Positions 54,879 through 64,000 of a stretch of DNA of 64,000 nt are shown piece after piece. Position 1 is the first letter of the stretch. Every line of letters starts with the position of its first letter. Source of the DNA: Chrysomallon squamiferum (Eukaryota; Animalia; Mollusca); contig CM022674.1 of NCBI GenBank assembly GCA_012295275.1, forward strand, positions 2,294,001 to 2,358,000, read 5' to 3'. The position numbers and the translations under genes are program-made. The notes under the pieces are model-generated. The model was not told the origin of the DNA. It saw only the letters and a program-made list of their open reading frames with translations, and did no database searches.

Positions 54879-55479
54879 GTAAATAAAAAAATAATAATAA
54901 AGATAAATATATTTTCATCAAAACAAAATAGTTTTTCAATCACAACGATTTATTTGTTACTTTTCAGATGTAAATCGTTTTGACAATGATATTTTAACAT
55001 CTAAGACAGCAATTAAACATTAAAGAATAACTGAACAGTAATATTACATGTGTGTAAATACCAAATGACGTATTGAACTTAAAACACTTACACAAAATTT
55101 ACTTAATCATAACATCTTGACACTGCAATATTTTTTTTTCTCTCTCTCTCTCTCTCTTTATACGTACAAACAGTGAGTGAGAGTAACACAACATTTGTAA
55201 TCACACAAAATAAAATTAAGACAGTAAAGTCAAATCAGTAATTAACATGATAATCTGTGAAACAGTGCTGATAATTATAGAGACAGACGCACACAACTGG
55301 TGTGTGTGTGGGGATATTTTCTTATTTAATAAACAGTCCAAACCGTAGAAGGTATTGTCAGCTACAACAGAAACTAGTAATCTAGTAACAAAGGATGTAA
55401 CGTAGGAAGAGGAGGTGTTCACGTCGTTACGCTCTGCGACCATCGCTGGAAACACTGCAACGTAGTGAACACCGGGCAG

Positions 55480-56010
55480 TTATGCTATCATCAAGAGTTG
55501 TCGGCCGTCACACGTAATAACAAGTTACTGGTGAACTTTCCGCGATTCAGAATGTCTGTTTCTACGGACGTCACCGTGACAAAGATAACGACACGTAGAT
55601 ATATATCTGTCAGATGACTGGCTCTTCGAATAACGACAATCACGAATTCTGTGACGTCTTCCCAGCAGTTTACGTTTACTTCCTTCTGTCTGTCGCGGTC
55701 CACGGAAATGACGTGTTGAGGTAACAGCGTACTTTCATCACGTCTGCTGCGATTTTGTTTTCACCAGAATGATTATGTAGGAAAAAAAAAAAAAAAAAAA
55801 AAAAAGAGTAGAAAATAAATAAAGATAATGTCCACGAGCAGGTACTGTTTATCATGGTGGAAATGACGTCGAGCACGACGTCGTGTGGCGTGAACAGGTG
55901 GAATCGTCATCAACGCAGTTTACCGAAAACCGCTGAAACATCGTACTTGTCGTTTGACTTTTTTTCACGAACCATTCTTGCTGTCGAACTGCAGAACGTT
56001 CGCAGCTCGA

Positions 56011-56050
<40 letters not shown>

Positions 56051-56345
56051 TGAAGCCGAGGTACGGAAATTTCGTCCGCTTCTTCCATTTTGTCCTGTAC
56101 AGCGAAATATTTATTCTGATTACTACCAAACCTGGTTTCATTTCAGTCTCTCCTGTTAAAGGTTTACACATTACGTGCTGGCTGCTGTTCTTACAGTATT
56201 CATAACCGACAGCATCTGATTAAACAGTTAGAAAATCTGAGAGCTTTCTTCTTGCTGCAGTTCTTCAGTCTACATTGACTGGTTAGGTAACGAGACATAA
56301 CAGAAGAATATGATGTATTGATTAGAGGTATTGATCTGGGCGTGC
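55480..56345 (-). pseudogene. Decayed, internally deleted third paralog of the SMB-domain gene
   Basis: 56222-56344 resembles the 5' leader at 58040-58160. Minus-strand fragments VRCYLNTSFPWT (~55696-55735) and INSTCS (~55845-55862) match IRFIYNTSFPWT and INRTCS of the intact genes. Frames are broken and interrupted by poly-A and (TA)n runs. Confidence 0.7.
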
Positions 56346-56530
56346 ACGGGTGCACTCAATATAGAACACGTTACATATTTTAACACTTCAGATTTAAAAA
56401 TTGAGGGCACATTTAAATATTTAATATAAGTAATACATTATAATTTTTAGAGATGTGCTACAAACACAACATATTCATTTTATCTCCCTAGCACTTTCTG
56501 AACTCAAGTGTTAAAAGTCTCCGTCGTATT

Positions 56531-58030
56531 TTAAGACATAAAAAAACGAACTGGTATTGCTAATAAAAACATTGTTGGAATAAAGTAGGGTGATATCGAA
56601 TTGACTGTGAAAGAACTTGTTTCGCTTTTCCCAATTTCTGAGCCCAGAGCAATCGATCCGCTAAGTCTATAGCACAGGCGATAACTGTCCAAATCTGCTA
56701 TGGAAACGCGTCCACTTAATACACACACTGTCAAATTACCACGGGAACGTGCGCGAGTGAATTCATTGGTGGCTATGGACATTACCGTGTCAAAGGTCAA
56801 GTTACGTAGATGTACATTGTTTCCTAGGTCTCCTGAACGATCGTACGATTTCAGTTCAGTGATGAAGTCAAAAGGTGACGTTGCTTCAGATCTGTCTGAG
56901 ACGGTCCACGGAAAGGACGTGTTGTAAATAAACCGTATGACTGTCACGTTGCCTCTGATTGCATCCCAGACCGGTTTAATTACGGTTGGACGTTCTTGTT
57001 TGAATATTAGAGCCACGTAAATATAAATGTAAAAAATATCAAGCGAACAAGTTCTGTTTATCAAGGGAAACCTACGAGTGCAGTTATCTATAGAACAAGT
57101 CTTCGAAACATCACCGCTGAGACACGTTATCGAAGTCCAAGGAAACATGAGACTGAAAGACCTAAACGTCCACGACTTTTTGTCCTTGTCGAAATGAAGA
57201 AGTATCGAGAAAGCGAATTTTTTGCTTGAAAGCAGCTGAGACAGCAAGGGAACAATCGTAATCACCATTCCTCTGTCACAACCAGCGCAGTATTTATTTC
57301 TGTAAATAGACTGAGTTTTGAAAACCTTAACATACGACGTATGGTTCTGACACTTATCTTTCGTTACGCTGCTGTCACAAAGGTCGCATGGATTGTTTTT
57401 TTGCACAATACATGGTCTGTTGTGTTTACCCGATGGCGACCTCCATTCAGCTACAATCACCGACGTGTTTAGAAGAAACAGAAATTCATTGAGATTTTTT
57501 ACAATCTTATTCGCTTTGTTCCTGTCAATGTGAAAAGAACCCAACCACTTCTCAACAGTTCCTGACTTCATGTAGCAGGCGTGACAGTACATGTTCTTGA
57601 ACTGAAGACCAGTAGCAACATCGGTCACGGGAACGACGTCGTTTAAGGTCGCCACGTCATCAGAGGCGCATCTCTGACGTAAGTGCAGGTCGACGGTGTT
57701 GTCAGGACATCCCGATATGAGAGTTTCTTTGCTACTGACTACACACTCGACACTGGGAAACGGCGACCACGTCTGTGTGCTGTTCTCGTACAAATCTGCA
57801 CACGCGTCTCCAAAATCCTCGCAGCAGTTTCCGTAGATGATGCAGTACTCGTCACAGGAACACGGCAGAAGCTGATGTAGACCACACTTGTCTCGGCAGG
57901 ACCAGTGTCTCCTGTTTGTCTGAGGATGATAGTACTCGTCTGCGTTAAAACACGGTGAATTATCTTCAGCAGCCGAAGCTAGCATGAAATGAAAAACGAC
58001 GAATACTGCAAGGTTCATAGCTGACAACAT
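56531..58030 (-). CDS. Secreted or membrane-anchored somatomedin-B-domain Cys-rich protein, copy A (499 aa, single coding exon)
   Basis: Likely start ATG 58030 with signal peptide MLSAMNLAVFVVFHFMLASA. SMB motif SCRDKCG...PCSCDEYCIIYGNCCEDFGDAC, two (F/Y)(K/R)NxYCxxC motifs, PVTD..TG and a hydrophobic C-terminal tail YFIPTMFLLAIPVRFFMS. Confidence 0.85.
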   Translation of the reverse strand: MLSAMNLAVFVVFHFMLASAAEDNSPCFNADEYYHPQTNRRHWSCRDKCGLHQLLPCSCDEYCIIYGNCCEDFGDACADLYENSTQTWSPFPSVECVVSSKETLISGCPDNTVDLHLRQRCASDDVATLNDVVPVTDVATGLQFKNMYCHACYMKSGTVEKWLGSFHIDRNKANKIVKNLNEFLFLLNTSVIVAEWRSPSGKHNRPCIVQKNNPCDLCDSSVTKDKCQNHTSYVKVFKTQSIYRNKYCAGCDRGMVITIVPLLSQLLSSKKFAFSILLHFDKDKKSWTFRSFSLMFPWTSITCLSGDVSKTCSIDNCTRRFPLINRTCSLDIFYIYIYVALIFKQERPTVIKPVWDAIRGNVTVIRFIYNTSFPWTVSDRSEATSPFDFITELKSYDRSGDLGNNVHLRNLTFDTVMSIATNEFTRARSRGNLTVCVLSGRVSIADLDSYRLCYRLSGSIALGSEIGKSETSSFTVNSISPYFIPTMFLLAIPVRFFMS

Positions 58031-58532
58031 TTGTACAGAACAGTTAGACAATCTGAGAGCTTTCTTCTTGCTGCGGTTCTTCAGTCTACACTGACTGTTT
58101 AGGTACCGAGACATAAAACAGAATTTGAGGTACTGTTCAGAGGTACTGATCTGGGCGTGGCTTACGTAGCTAATCAATAGTTTGTTACACCCTCTTGCAT
58201 GATGTTTGTGTTTGTAATGTCCACTGCTTGTACTACCTGTCTACTGTTGCTGCTGCTGTTGTTATTAAGCTACTGTTAGAGAGAACAGAAGTGAAGAAAA
58301 CGAAGAGATAACAAGTAAGATGAAGACGTGTTTGCATATTTTGCTAATTAGATTTGTTTACACTGTAAGGTATTGAGTTAATTAGTAGTTATTGGTCAGT
58401 GGTTAATTAAATAGTGCTTCTTTTCTCTTTCAAAGCCGTTGCAGTGACACGGACGTAAACGGAAACACCGTTAAAGACTTTTGTAACACCATCGGCGGCA
58501 AACATCTTGCCTGTAATCATAAACGAAAAGAA

Positions 58533-58688
58533 AATTAATTAAAATATTTCATTCATTTTTTTTTCTCCAAGTGACAAATATTGTAAAATTTGAAGATTTA
58601 TTAATTAGTTAATTAATTAAAATATTTCATCCATTTTTTTTCCTCCAAGTGACAAATATTGTAAAATTTGAAGATTTATTAATTAGTT
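58533..58688. repeat. 78-bp direct tandem dimer in the palindrome spacer
   Basis: aattaattaaaatatttcat...ctccaagtgacaaatattgtaaaatttgaagatttattaattagtt occurs at 58533-58610 and 58611-58688. Confidence 0.92.
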
Positions 58689-59137
58689 AACGCCGTTGTA
58701 ATATGTATTCCGTTTACGTGTCACTGCAACGGCTTTGAAAGAGAAAAGAAGCACTATTTAATTAACCACTGACCAATAACTACTAATTAACTCAATACCT
58801 TACAGTGTAAACAAATCTAATTAGCAAAATATGCAAACACGTCTTCATCTTACTTGTTATCTCTTCGTTTTCTTCACTTCTGTTCTCTCTAACAGTAGCT
58901 TAATAACAACAGCAGCAGCAACAGTAGACAGGTAGTACAAGCAGTGGACATTACAAACACAAACATCATGCAAGAGGGTGTAACAAACTATTGACTAGCT
59001 ACGTAAGCCACGCCCAGATCAGTACCTCTGAACAGTACCTCAAATTCTGTTTTATTTCTCGGTACCTAAACAGTCAGTGTAGACCGAAGAACCGCAGCAA
59101 GAAGAAAGCTCTCAGATTGTCTAACTGTTCTGTACAA

Positions 59138-60637
59138 ATGCTGTCAGCTATGAACCTTGCAGTATTCGTCGTTTGTCATTTCATGCTAGCTTCGGCTGCT
59201 GAAGATAATTCACCGTGTTTTAACGCAGACGAGTACTATCATCCTCAGACAAACAGGAGACACTGGTCCTGCCGAGACAAGTGTGGTCTACATCAGCTTC
59301 TGCCGTGTTCCTGTGACGAGTACTGCATCATCTACGGAAACTGCTGCGAGGATTTTGGAGACGCGTGTGCAGATTTGTACGAGAACAGCACACAGACGTG
59401 GTCGCCGTTTCCCAGTGTCGAGTGTGTAGTCAGTAGCAAAGAAACTCTCATATCGGGATGTCCTGACAACACCGTCGACCTGCACTTACGTCAGAGATGC
59501 GCCTCTGATGACGTGGCGACCTTAAACGACGTCGTTCCCGTGACCGATGTTGCTACTGGTCTTCAGTTCAAGAACATGTACTGTCACGCCTGCTACATGA
59601 AGTCAGGAACTGTTGAGAAGTGGTTGGGTTCTTTTCACATTGACAGGAACAAAGCGAATAAGATTGTAAAAAATCTCAATGAATTTCTGTTTCTTCTAAA
59701 CACGTCGGTGATTGTAGCTGAATGGACGTCGCCATCGGGTAAACACAACAGACCATGTATTGTGCAAAAAAACAATCCATGCGACCTTTGTGACAGCAGG
59801 GTAACGAAAGATAAGTGTCAGAACCATACGTCGTATGTTAAAGTTTTCAAAACTCAGTCTATTTACAGAAATCTATACTGCGCTGTTTGTGACAGAGGAA
59901 TGGTGATTACGATTGTTCCCTTGCTGTCTCAGCTGCTTTCAAGAAAAAAATTCGCTTTCTCGATACTTCTTCATTTCGACAAGGACAAAACGTCGTGGAC
60001 GTTTAGGTCTTTCAGTCTCATGTTTCCTTGGACTTCGATAACCTGTCTCAGCGGTGATGTTTCAAAGACTTGCTCTATAGATAACTGCACTGGTAGGTTT
60101 CCCTTGATAACCAAAACTTGTTCGCTTGATATTTTTTACATTTATATTTACGTGGCTCTAATATTCAAACAAGAACGTCGAACCGTAATTAAACCGGTCT
60201 GGGATGCAATCAGAGGCAACGTGACAGTCGTACGGTTTATTTACAACACGTCATTTCCGTGGACCGTCACAGACAGATCTGAAGCAACGTCACCATTTGA
60301 CGTCATCATTGAACTGAAATCGTACGATCGTGCAGGAGACCTAGGAAACGATGTACATCTACGTAACTTGACCTTTGACACGGTAATGTCCATAGCCACC
60401 AATGAATTCACTCGAGCACGTACCCGTGGTAATTTGACAGTGTGTGTATTAACTGGACGCGTTTTCATAGCAGATTTGGACAGTTATCGCCTGTGCTATA
60501 GACTTAGCGGATCGATTGCTCTGGGCTCAGAAACTGGGACAAGCAAAACAAGTTCTTTCACACTCAGTTCGTTATCACACTACTTTATTCCAACAATGTT
60601 TTTATTGGCAATACCAGTTCGTTTTTTTATGTCTTAA
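59138..60637 (+). CDS. Secreted or membrane-anchored somatomedin-B-domain Cys-rich protein, copy B (499 aa, single coding exon)
   Basis: Mirror image of copy A with the same length, no indels, and about 27 amino-acid differences counted by eye. Confidence 0.85.
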   Translation: MLSAMNLAVFVVCHFMLASAAEDNSPCFNADEYYHPQTNRRHWSCRDKCGLHQLLPCSCDEYCIIYGNCCEDFGDACADLYENSTQTWSPFPSVECVVSSKETLISGCPDNTVDLHLRQRCASDDVATLNDVVPVTDVATGLQFKNMYCHACYMKSGTVEKWLGSFHIDRNKANKIVKNLNEFLFLLNTSVIVAEWTSPSGKHNRPCIVQKNNPCDLCDSRVTKDKCQNHTSYVKVFKTQSIYRNLYCAVCDRGMVITIVPLLSQLLSRKKFAFSILLHFDKDKTSWTFRSFSLMFPWTSITCLSGDVSKTCSIDNCTGRFPLITKTCSLDIFYIYIYVALIFKQERRTVIKPVWDAIRGNVTVVRFIYNTSFPWTVTDRSEATSPFDVIIELKSYDRAGDLGNDVHLRNLTFDTVMSIATNEFTRARTRGNLTVCVLTGRVFIADLDSYRLCYRLSGSIALGSETGTSKTSSFTLSSLSHYFIPTMFLLAIPVRFFMS

Positions 60638-61054
60638 AATACGACGGAGACTTTTAACACTTGAGTTCAGAAAGTGCTAGGGAGATAAAATGAATATGTT
60701 GTGTTTGTAGCACATCTCTAAAAATTATAATGTAACTTATATTAAATATTTAAATGTGCCCTAATTTTAAATCTGAAGTGTTAAAATATGTAACGTATTC
60801 TTATTGAGTGCACCCGTGCACGCCCAGATCAATACCTCTAAATCATATTCTTTAAATGTTACCTAACCAAATTTTTAAAAGAAAGCTAAAACTGTTTAAT
60901 CAGATGCTGTCGGTTATGAATACTGTAAGAACAGCAGCCAGCATAATGTGTAAACCTTTAACAGGAGAGACTGAAATGAAACCAGGTTTGGTAGTAATCA
61001 GAATAAATATTTCGCTGTACAGGAGAAAAATGGAAGATACGGACGAAATTCCCA

Positions 61055-61270
61055 AAACTGTTCTTTCACACTCAGTTCGTTATCACACTACTTTATTCCA
61101 CCAATGCTTTTATTGTTTCGTTTTTTTATGTCTTAAAATACCTTTTAACACTTGATTTCAGAAAGTGATAAAATGAATATGTTGTGTTTGTAGCACATCT
61201 CAAAAATCTATTAAATGAAATTGAATTTTTTGTTTTAAATTTTAATATATTAACATATTCTATATTGAGG
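61055..61270 (+). pseudogene. Deletion-rich direct re-copy of the 3' end and 3' flank of SMB gene copy B
   Basis: ttctttcacactcagttcgttatcacactactttattcca...tttttatgtcttaaaata...aatgaatatgttgtgtttgtagcacatct repeats ~60553-60720 with many short deletions. Confidence 0.8.
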
Positions 61271-61639
61271 TCATTTGTGAATGTTTCTGTGTAGTACAAT
61301 CAATTGAATGTTTTGTTCTACAACTTTCTTCTACAACTTGTTTGTTGTAGTACATCAGGGTTTTATCTTGAATACTTCGTAACAAAAATGAAATATTTCA
61401 TCTCTGTTTTTATGTTGTCTTTATAAATCGCTCATTGACAACATCGAGGAGAACAATATACAACAACAACAACAAAAAAAATAAATAAATAAATAAATGA
61501 ATAGAATAGAATAGAATACAGCAAAAAGAAAACAGAAAAAAAAAGTAAGAAAGAAAGAAAAAAATAAATAAAAGCCTTTCGTAAGTCTTCGAAATTTGCG
61601 AATTGTAACTTTGTTAATAGTTTGTATCATCTTCAGTTC

Positions 61640-61682
<43 letters not shown>

Positions 61683-61723
61683 ACACAGACACGTCCACAA
61701 ACGCGCGCGCTCTCGGACACACA

Positions 61724-61760
<37 letters not shown>

Positions 61761-62013
61761 GAGCACACACACACACACACACAGTGTCGCTTAAGTATAT
61801 AATATACTTTTATTTACAAAACCTGCTATAATTATCTCTAGGAACGTCATGTGACTGCATTTATCACGTGATGACATCATTACGATCTCCTCTTCTGAAG
61901 AGATAAAGACATTTCCAAAACATTTCACGTACGAAACAAAAAGAGTTCGCTGTGTATCTGGGGTGCTTTTCTGTAAACTGTTTCGCCATAAGCATTTTAT
62001 TCTGCAAGACGCC

Positions 62014-62101
62014 ATGCAGATTTTTCTGCTGTTTTGTCTGTTTGCGACCGCAGTTAAGGAAATCAAGACAAACCCTTTCCCGAAACCAACAGATGATCAA
62101 G
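62014..62101 (+). CDS. First (signal-peptide) exon of an unidentified secreted-protein gene, probably continuing beyond the window
   Basis: gccATG context, translation MQIFLLFCLFATAVKEIKTNPFPKPTDDQ, then a phase-1 donor G|gtaaaa followed by microsatellite-rich intron-like DNA. TCACGTGA at 61864 upstream. Confidence 0.6.
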
Positions 62102-62346
62102 GTAAAATTTTACAGAATAATACATTTCTTTTCTTCATTTATTTCTTTTTCTTCTTATCCTTTTTCATCTTCTTCATCTTCTTCTTCTTTTTATTATTAT
62201 TATTAGTATTAGTATTATTATTATTAGTAGTAGTAGTAGTAGTAGTAATAGTAGTAGTAGTTAGTAATAGTAGTAGTACTAGTAATAGTATTACTATTAT
62301 CATCATCATCATTTTGTTTTATTAATTTTGTATTTATATATTTACG

Positions 62347-62427
<81 letters not shown>

Positions 62428-62611
62428 AGAGCACTACCGCTACTGCTACTACTAGTATTAGTACTACTACTTTTACTATTACTGCTACCACAGCCACTAT
62501 GTCAAAGTTTGTAATATATTTCCACTACTCCTGTTGCGACTACTATTCCTTTTACTACTATTCCTGCAACTGCTACTGTTGTTGCTGCCACTACTACTAC
62601 TACTATTAATA

Positions 62612-62660
<49 letters not shown>

Positions 62661-62814
62661 TAACAATAATAATAACAATAATAATAATAATAATAATAAT
62701 AATCATAGTAATTGTAATAATAATAATAATAGTAATAATAATAATAACAATAACAATAATAAAAATAATAATAATAATAATCACAGTAATTGTAATAATA
62801 ATAATAATAATAAT

Positions 62815-62862
<48 letters not shown>

Positions 62863-62872
62863 CATAGTAATT

Positions 62873-62917
<45 letters not shown>

Positions 62918-63328
62918 TAATAATAATAATAGTGATATGCAGTAAAACTATTATAATCAAATAAAATTGTATACTGCTGGATCTTGATCAAAGTGCACAC
63001 CGTTCCAAAGTATGAATGATATGCGATGAAGACATTTCTTAAAATAACTGATAAAATCAAAATATTAATTGATAACTGTGATGTCATTCGGCTGTTATCG
63101 TAATAATATGAGTTGCAAAAATCTGAAGTTGCTATCACCCTTATGATTACTCATTTCTTCATTAGTGATAAGTATGACACCTGCATATATAAACTTTACC
63201 TTTGCACCGCAAACATCTTTACAGATAAAAAAAACAAACAAAAAAAAACAACAACAAACAAACATTAATCGCTAAAGGCTGGTAAATCTATAAAAATACT
63301 TTATTTATTCATTTCTATATTTCTATAT

Positions 63329-63363
<35 letters not shown>

Positions 63364-63485
63364 TGTATTTATTTTTTTGTTTGATTGTTTGTTTTTAGTA
63401 TTTTCTGTCATAACCAATTTTGTAATGTATGACTATAAAACAAAAAAAGGACAGATAACATATACGGGCCTCTCATTTCATTTCA

Positions 63486-63750
63486 TCCAATCTTTGTTAA
63501 TTATAACATATAATTTTTTTAGTTAAGAAAGACGATTAAATGTATCGTGCCTGATTTTTATATATCCAATCTTTGTTAATTATAAAATATAATTTTTATT
63601 TAAGAATGACGATTAAATGTACCGTGCCCGGTTTTTTAGATATCCAATCTTTATTAATTATAAAGTATAATTTTTTATTTAAGAATGGCGATTAAATGCA
63701 GCGTGCCTGTCAAACTTATATATCCAGTCTTTGTTAATTATAAAGTATAA
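63486..63750. repeat. ~79-bp tandem repeat, about 3.3 copies
   Basis: Units tccaatctttgttaattata...aagaa(a/t)gacgattaaatgta.cgtgcc start at 63486, 63565, 63643 and 63723. Confidence 0.9.
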
Positions 63751-64000
63751 GTTTAAAGTATAAACTAAATGTAATAAGTCCGAGAAAATGAATGGTGACT
63801 GTTATTAAATAAGAACCAATCTTTGATTAAAATAAAGTTTCATTTATTCACACATTACCAATAATAAAGTTTGAATACACATTGAAGAAGAACGTAAATA
63901 AACAACAACAAAATAATAATAATGATGATGGGGAAAACGTGCTAGAAACTGGGAATGATGTCAGTTATCGAACCTTTAGTTTATTTATTTAGTTATTTAG

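Larger units (their letters stand above)
56068..61050. repeat. Large inverted duplication: arms ~56068-58474 and ~58708-61050, spacer ~230 bp
   Basis: The arms are reverse complements. Inner ends are gcagtgacac..gtaaacggaa and ttccgtttac..gtgtcactgc; outer ends are aatttcgtccg and cggacgaaatt. Each arm carries a near-identical long ORF. Confidence 0.95.

Noticed and set aside
58031-58177. N-terminal 49-aa extension of the 548-aa ORF calls (and its mirror 58991-59137)
   Set aside because: The calls begin at non-ATG (TTG) codons, the in-frame ATG in copy A is absent in copy B, and a signal peptide starts at Met50.
56068-61050. Palindrome as a DNA transposon with long terminal inverted repeats
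   Set aside because: No transposase or target-site duplication is visible, and the arms consist of a host-type gene and its flanks.

Overview
AT-rich, microsatellite-dense eukaryotic genomic DNA, most likely from an algae-grazing gastropod mollusc (inferred from an abalone/sea-hare-type PL14 alginate lyase). Almost all ORFs in the supplied track are simple-repeat artefacts. Manual splicing with GT-AG boundaries and phase checks recovers six loci. (1) A 9-exon + strand TNF-receptor-family gene (3780-21618) with Cys-rich repeats, one TM helix, a death-domain-like region and a C-terminal PIQCT TRAF-binding motif; its signal-peptide exon was not found. (2) A PL14 alginate lyase catalytic exon (37662-38434) with a decayed partial copy just upstream. 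(3) An intronless chimeric mytilectin (beta-trefoil lectin plus putative pore-forming domain, 39643-40558) broken by one extra base. (4) A 14-exon - strand arylsulfatase B-like gene (52977-44035), also with one extra base, whose upstream region has E-box/CLEAR-like and CRE motifs. (5) A ~5 kb head-to-head palindrome carrying two intact 499-aa somatomedin-B-domain genes whose divergence rises away from the centre, plus a decayed third copy. (6) The signal-peptide exon of another secreted-protein gene (62014-62101). All family assignments come from motif recognition by eye; no database searches were run.
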